Below, piece by piece: positions 62,123 to 64,000 of a stretch of 64,000 nt of DNA (the stretch's first letter is position 1; each line of letters opens with the position of its first letter). The stretch comes from Rhynchopus sp. YZ270_cl-10. Lineage: Eukaryota. The DNA lies in NCBI GenBank assembly GCA_964035575.1, contig OZ037841.1, positions 372,001-436,000 of the forward strand, given 5' to 3'. The notes beneath the pieces are model-generated. The model saw nothing but the letters and a program-made list of their open reading frames with translations, had not been told where the DNA came from and did no database searches. A program made the position numbers and the translations under genes.

Positions 62123-63202
62123 CATGGATGTACAAAGTACTTTTTTCCAGAAAGTAAAAAAAAGTAGAAAAATCCCAGTACTTGATACTTCAAGTACTTG
62201 ACCCGTTTTTTTTTTTTTTTTTACTTGATCATGCTGTCCTCTAAATCGGATTTAGGATTCAGGATTTTCTATAAGAAAATTTTATAAGAAAATTTTATTT
62301 TTGCCGGTGAAAAAATTTTCATATGGATATGGGGCAGTGTCTTTTTTAGGGAGGTCGGAATAATTTCCTGGTAGAACAGTGGTTGAACCACGGGAGTACC
62401 CTGGGGAACTGAGTTACTGACCGCACCGTGAAATCCCAGGCTGTCCCCTAATTTTTTTTGCCTGCGGCGCCATTATTTATTACTTTTTTGCTCCGCAAAA
62501 AAGGGTTCGTTGACTGACTCTGTAGTGTAAAAAGCTACATTTTACACCGTACCCTATTATTTTTTCGCCTGCGGCGCCATTTTGTGTTATTCCTTTTGCT
62601 CCGCAAAAGGAAAATAAAATACAGTTCCCTATGTTTCCAATGTCTTCGCTGGTCAGAACTGAAAAACATCTTGGGGGAAACACAAACTGACCCCAAAAAT
62701 CTTGAAATCTGATTCTTGGATAAGGCACTGTACTGTGGTGGGGAGAAAAATGTGACCGACCCGCACTGCGGGCCTACAACAACAAAAAAATATCTTCTCC
62801 TGTTGTGCGCGAAAAATTTTCGCGCGCAGCGCGAAAATTTTTTTTTCTATAAGAAAATTTTGAGATTTAAAAATCAGAAAAATCCTGATTTTTCCCGGAT
62901 TTAAGGACATGCTTGTACTTGATTACTTTTTTTTTTGCATCAAGCACTTGATTCGGCAAAAAAATGGAAAAGTACTTGAAGAAATTCAAGTACTTTTCCA
63001 TTTTTTTTACTTTTTTTGCCAATTCAAGTACTTGATGCAACAAAAAAAGTAATCAAGTACAAAAAAAGTGAAAGTACTTGAAGGAAAAAAAGTACTTGAA
63101 GCAAGAAAAAAATATTTTTTTCTTTTTTTTTTAAATCGATCAAGTACTTGAAGTAGACCAAAAAAAGTAAAAAAAAGTAATCAAGTACTTTGTACATCCA
63201 TG
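62123..63202. mobile_element. CATG-ended TIR element with 6-bp TSD
   Basis: 20-bp TIR CATGGATGTACAAAGTACTT, flanking direct repeat ATTTGC, many AAGTACTT subterminal repeats. Confidence 0.85.
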
Positions 63203-64000
63203 ATTTGCGTAGTCCGACAAAAAAAAAATCACCGTTTTTTTGTCAAAAGAAAACAACAATACAATACTGCAATAGCATTTTTTTTGTGCAAAAAGCCTGA
63301 TAAGAGGTCTCTTCGCTTGCTTACAGAACGACACACTAAATGTGTGACAGAAATTGAGAAAAAAAGGGAACCTCTCGGTTGGCCTTAAAAATAATAATAA
63401 TCCTTGGAAAGATGAACGTGCCGTACGAGCGGGGTTTCATCTTTCCGAACAAGGTTCTTTTTCGGTTTCAACACGGGACGATGTTTCTGGCTTTGAGCAG
63501 TCAAAAGACCGGACCATTTCCCGTTTTGTTGGGGGGGTATTTTTTTATTTGTGTCGTAATGCCATTATTGATTCTTCACAAAATCCTGTTGGCGTGCAAT
63601 TTGAAAACCCTTCACCTACCTGTAGGGGGTCTCATCGCGGTTACACATTGCAGGCCTGTAATAGGATTTTTGTGAATTCGTCAATAATTGCGTGAAAACT
63701 ACTAATTACACGGGTAATTAGAAGCTATTTTTTTTGCAATAAAGAGCTACAGAGGGTAATGCAAAATATTTTTTTTCGGGGGGGGGTGGGGATGGGGTTT
63801 GAAAAGGAAGAAAACCTTGATAGAATGAGTGTGTACCACAGTGCACACACATCGTCAAGTAAAATAAAATAAAAGCTCGCAAGATGACGCTAAGCCTCAC
63901 AGTGCTTTCGTCATCTTCCACAACTTAAAACGAAGAACAAATCGAGAAAAAATAAAATAAAATGAATGTGTTTCACATGAGTAAAAATTCATCTAAAAGA

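Noticed and set aside
1..64000. Spliced-leader RNA, rRNA or complete tRNA genes
   Set aside because: None recognised by eye. Only an isolated T-arm-like motif in family D. A covariance-model scan would be needed to exclude them.

Overview
Eukaryotic nuclear DNA, very probably from a euglenozoan protist (a paraflagellar-rod-family gene, GTATG intron donors, all genes on one strand; diplomonad, fungal or animal origin is not suggested, diplonemid-like is my inference). Eight intact genes, all on the minus strand: a PH-domain protein, a class IV-like sirtuin, a CCCH-WWE-PBZ-PARP-like protein, UAP1, a USP deubiquitinase, a CaMK-like kinase, an Akt/PKB-like kinase and a PFR-like protein. Exon structures were reconstructed by hand from GT-AG junctions. 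Intergenic DNA and introns hold about 25 non-autonomous DNA transposons with readable TIRs and TSDs (hAT-, Mutator-, Tc1/mariner/pogo- and Harbinger-like, plus unclassified ones), including a four-level nested stack at 25.6-30 kb. The least explained signal is a set of 45-110 bp hairpin micro-elements, dozens of copies in several families. Nearly all point the same way as the genes and fold best, with G-U pairs and a GAGA tetraloop, on the transcribed strand. Copy counts are by eye.
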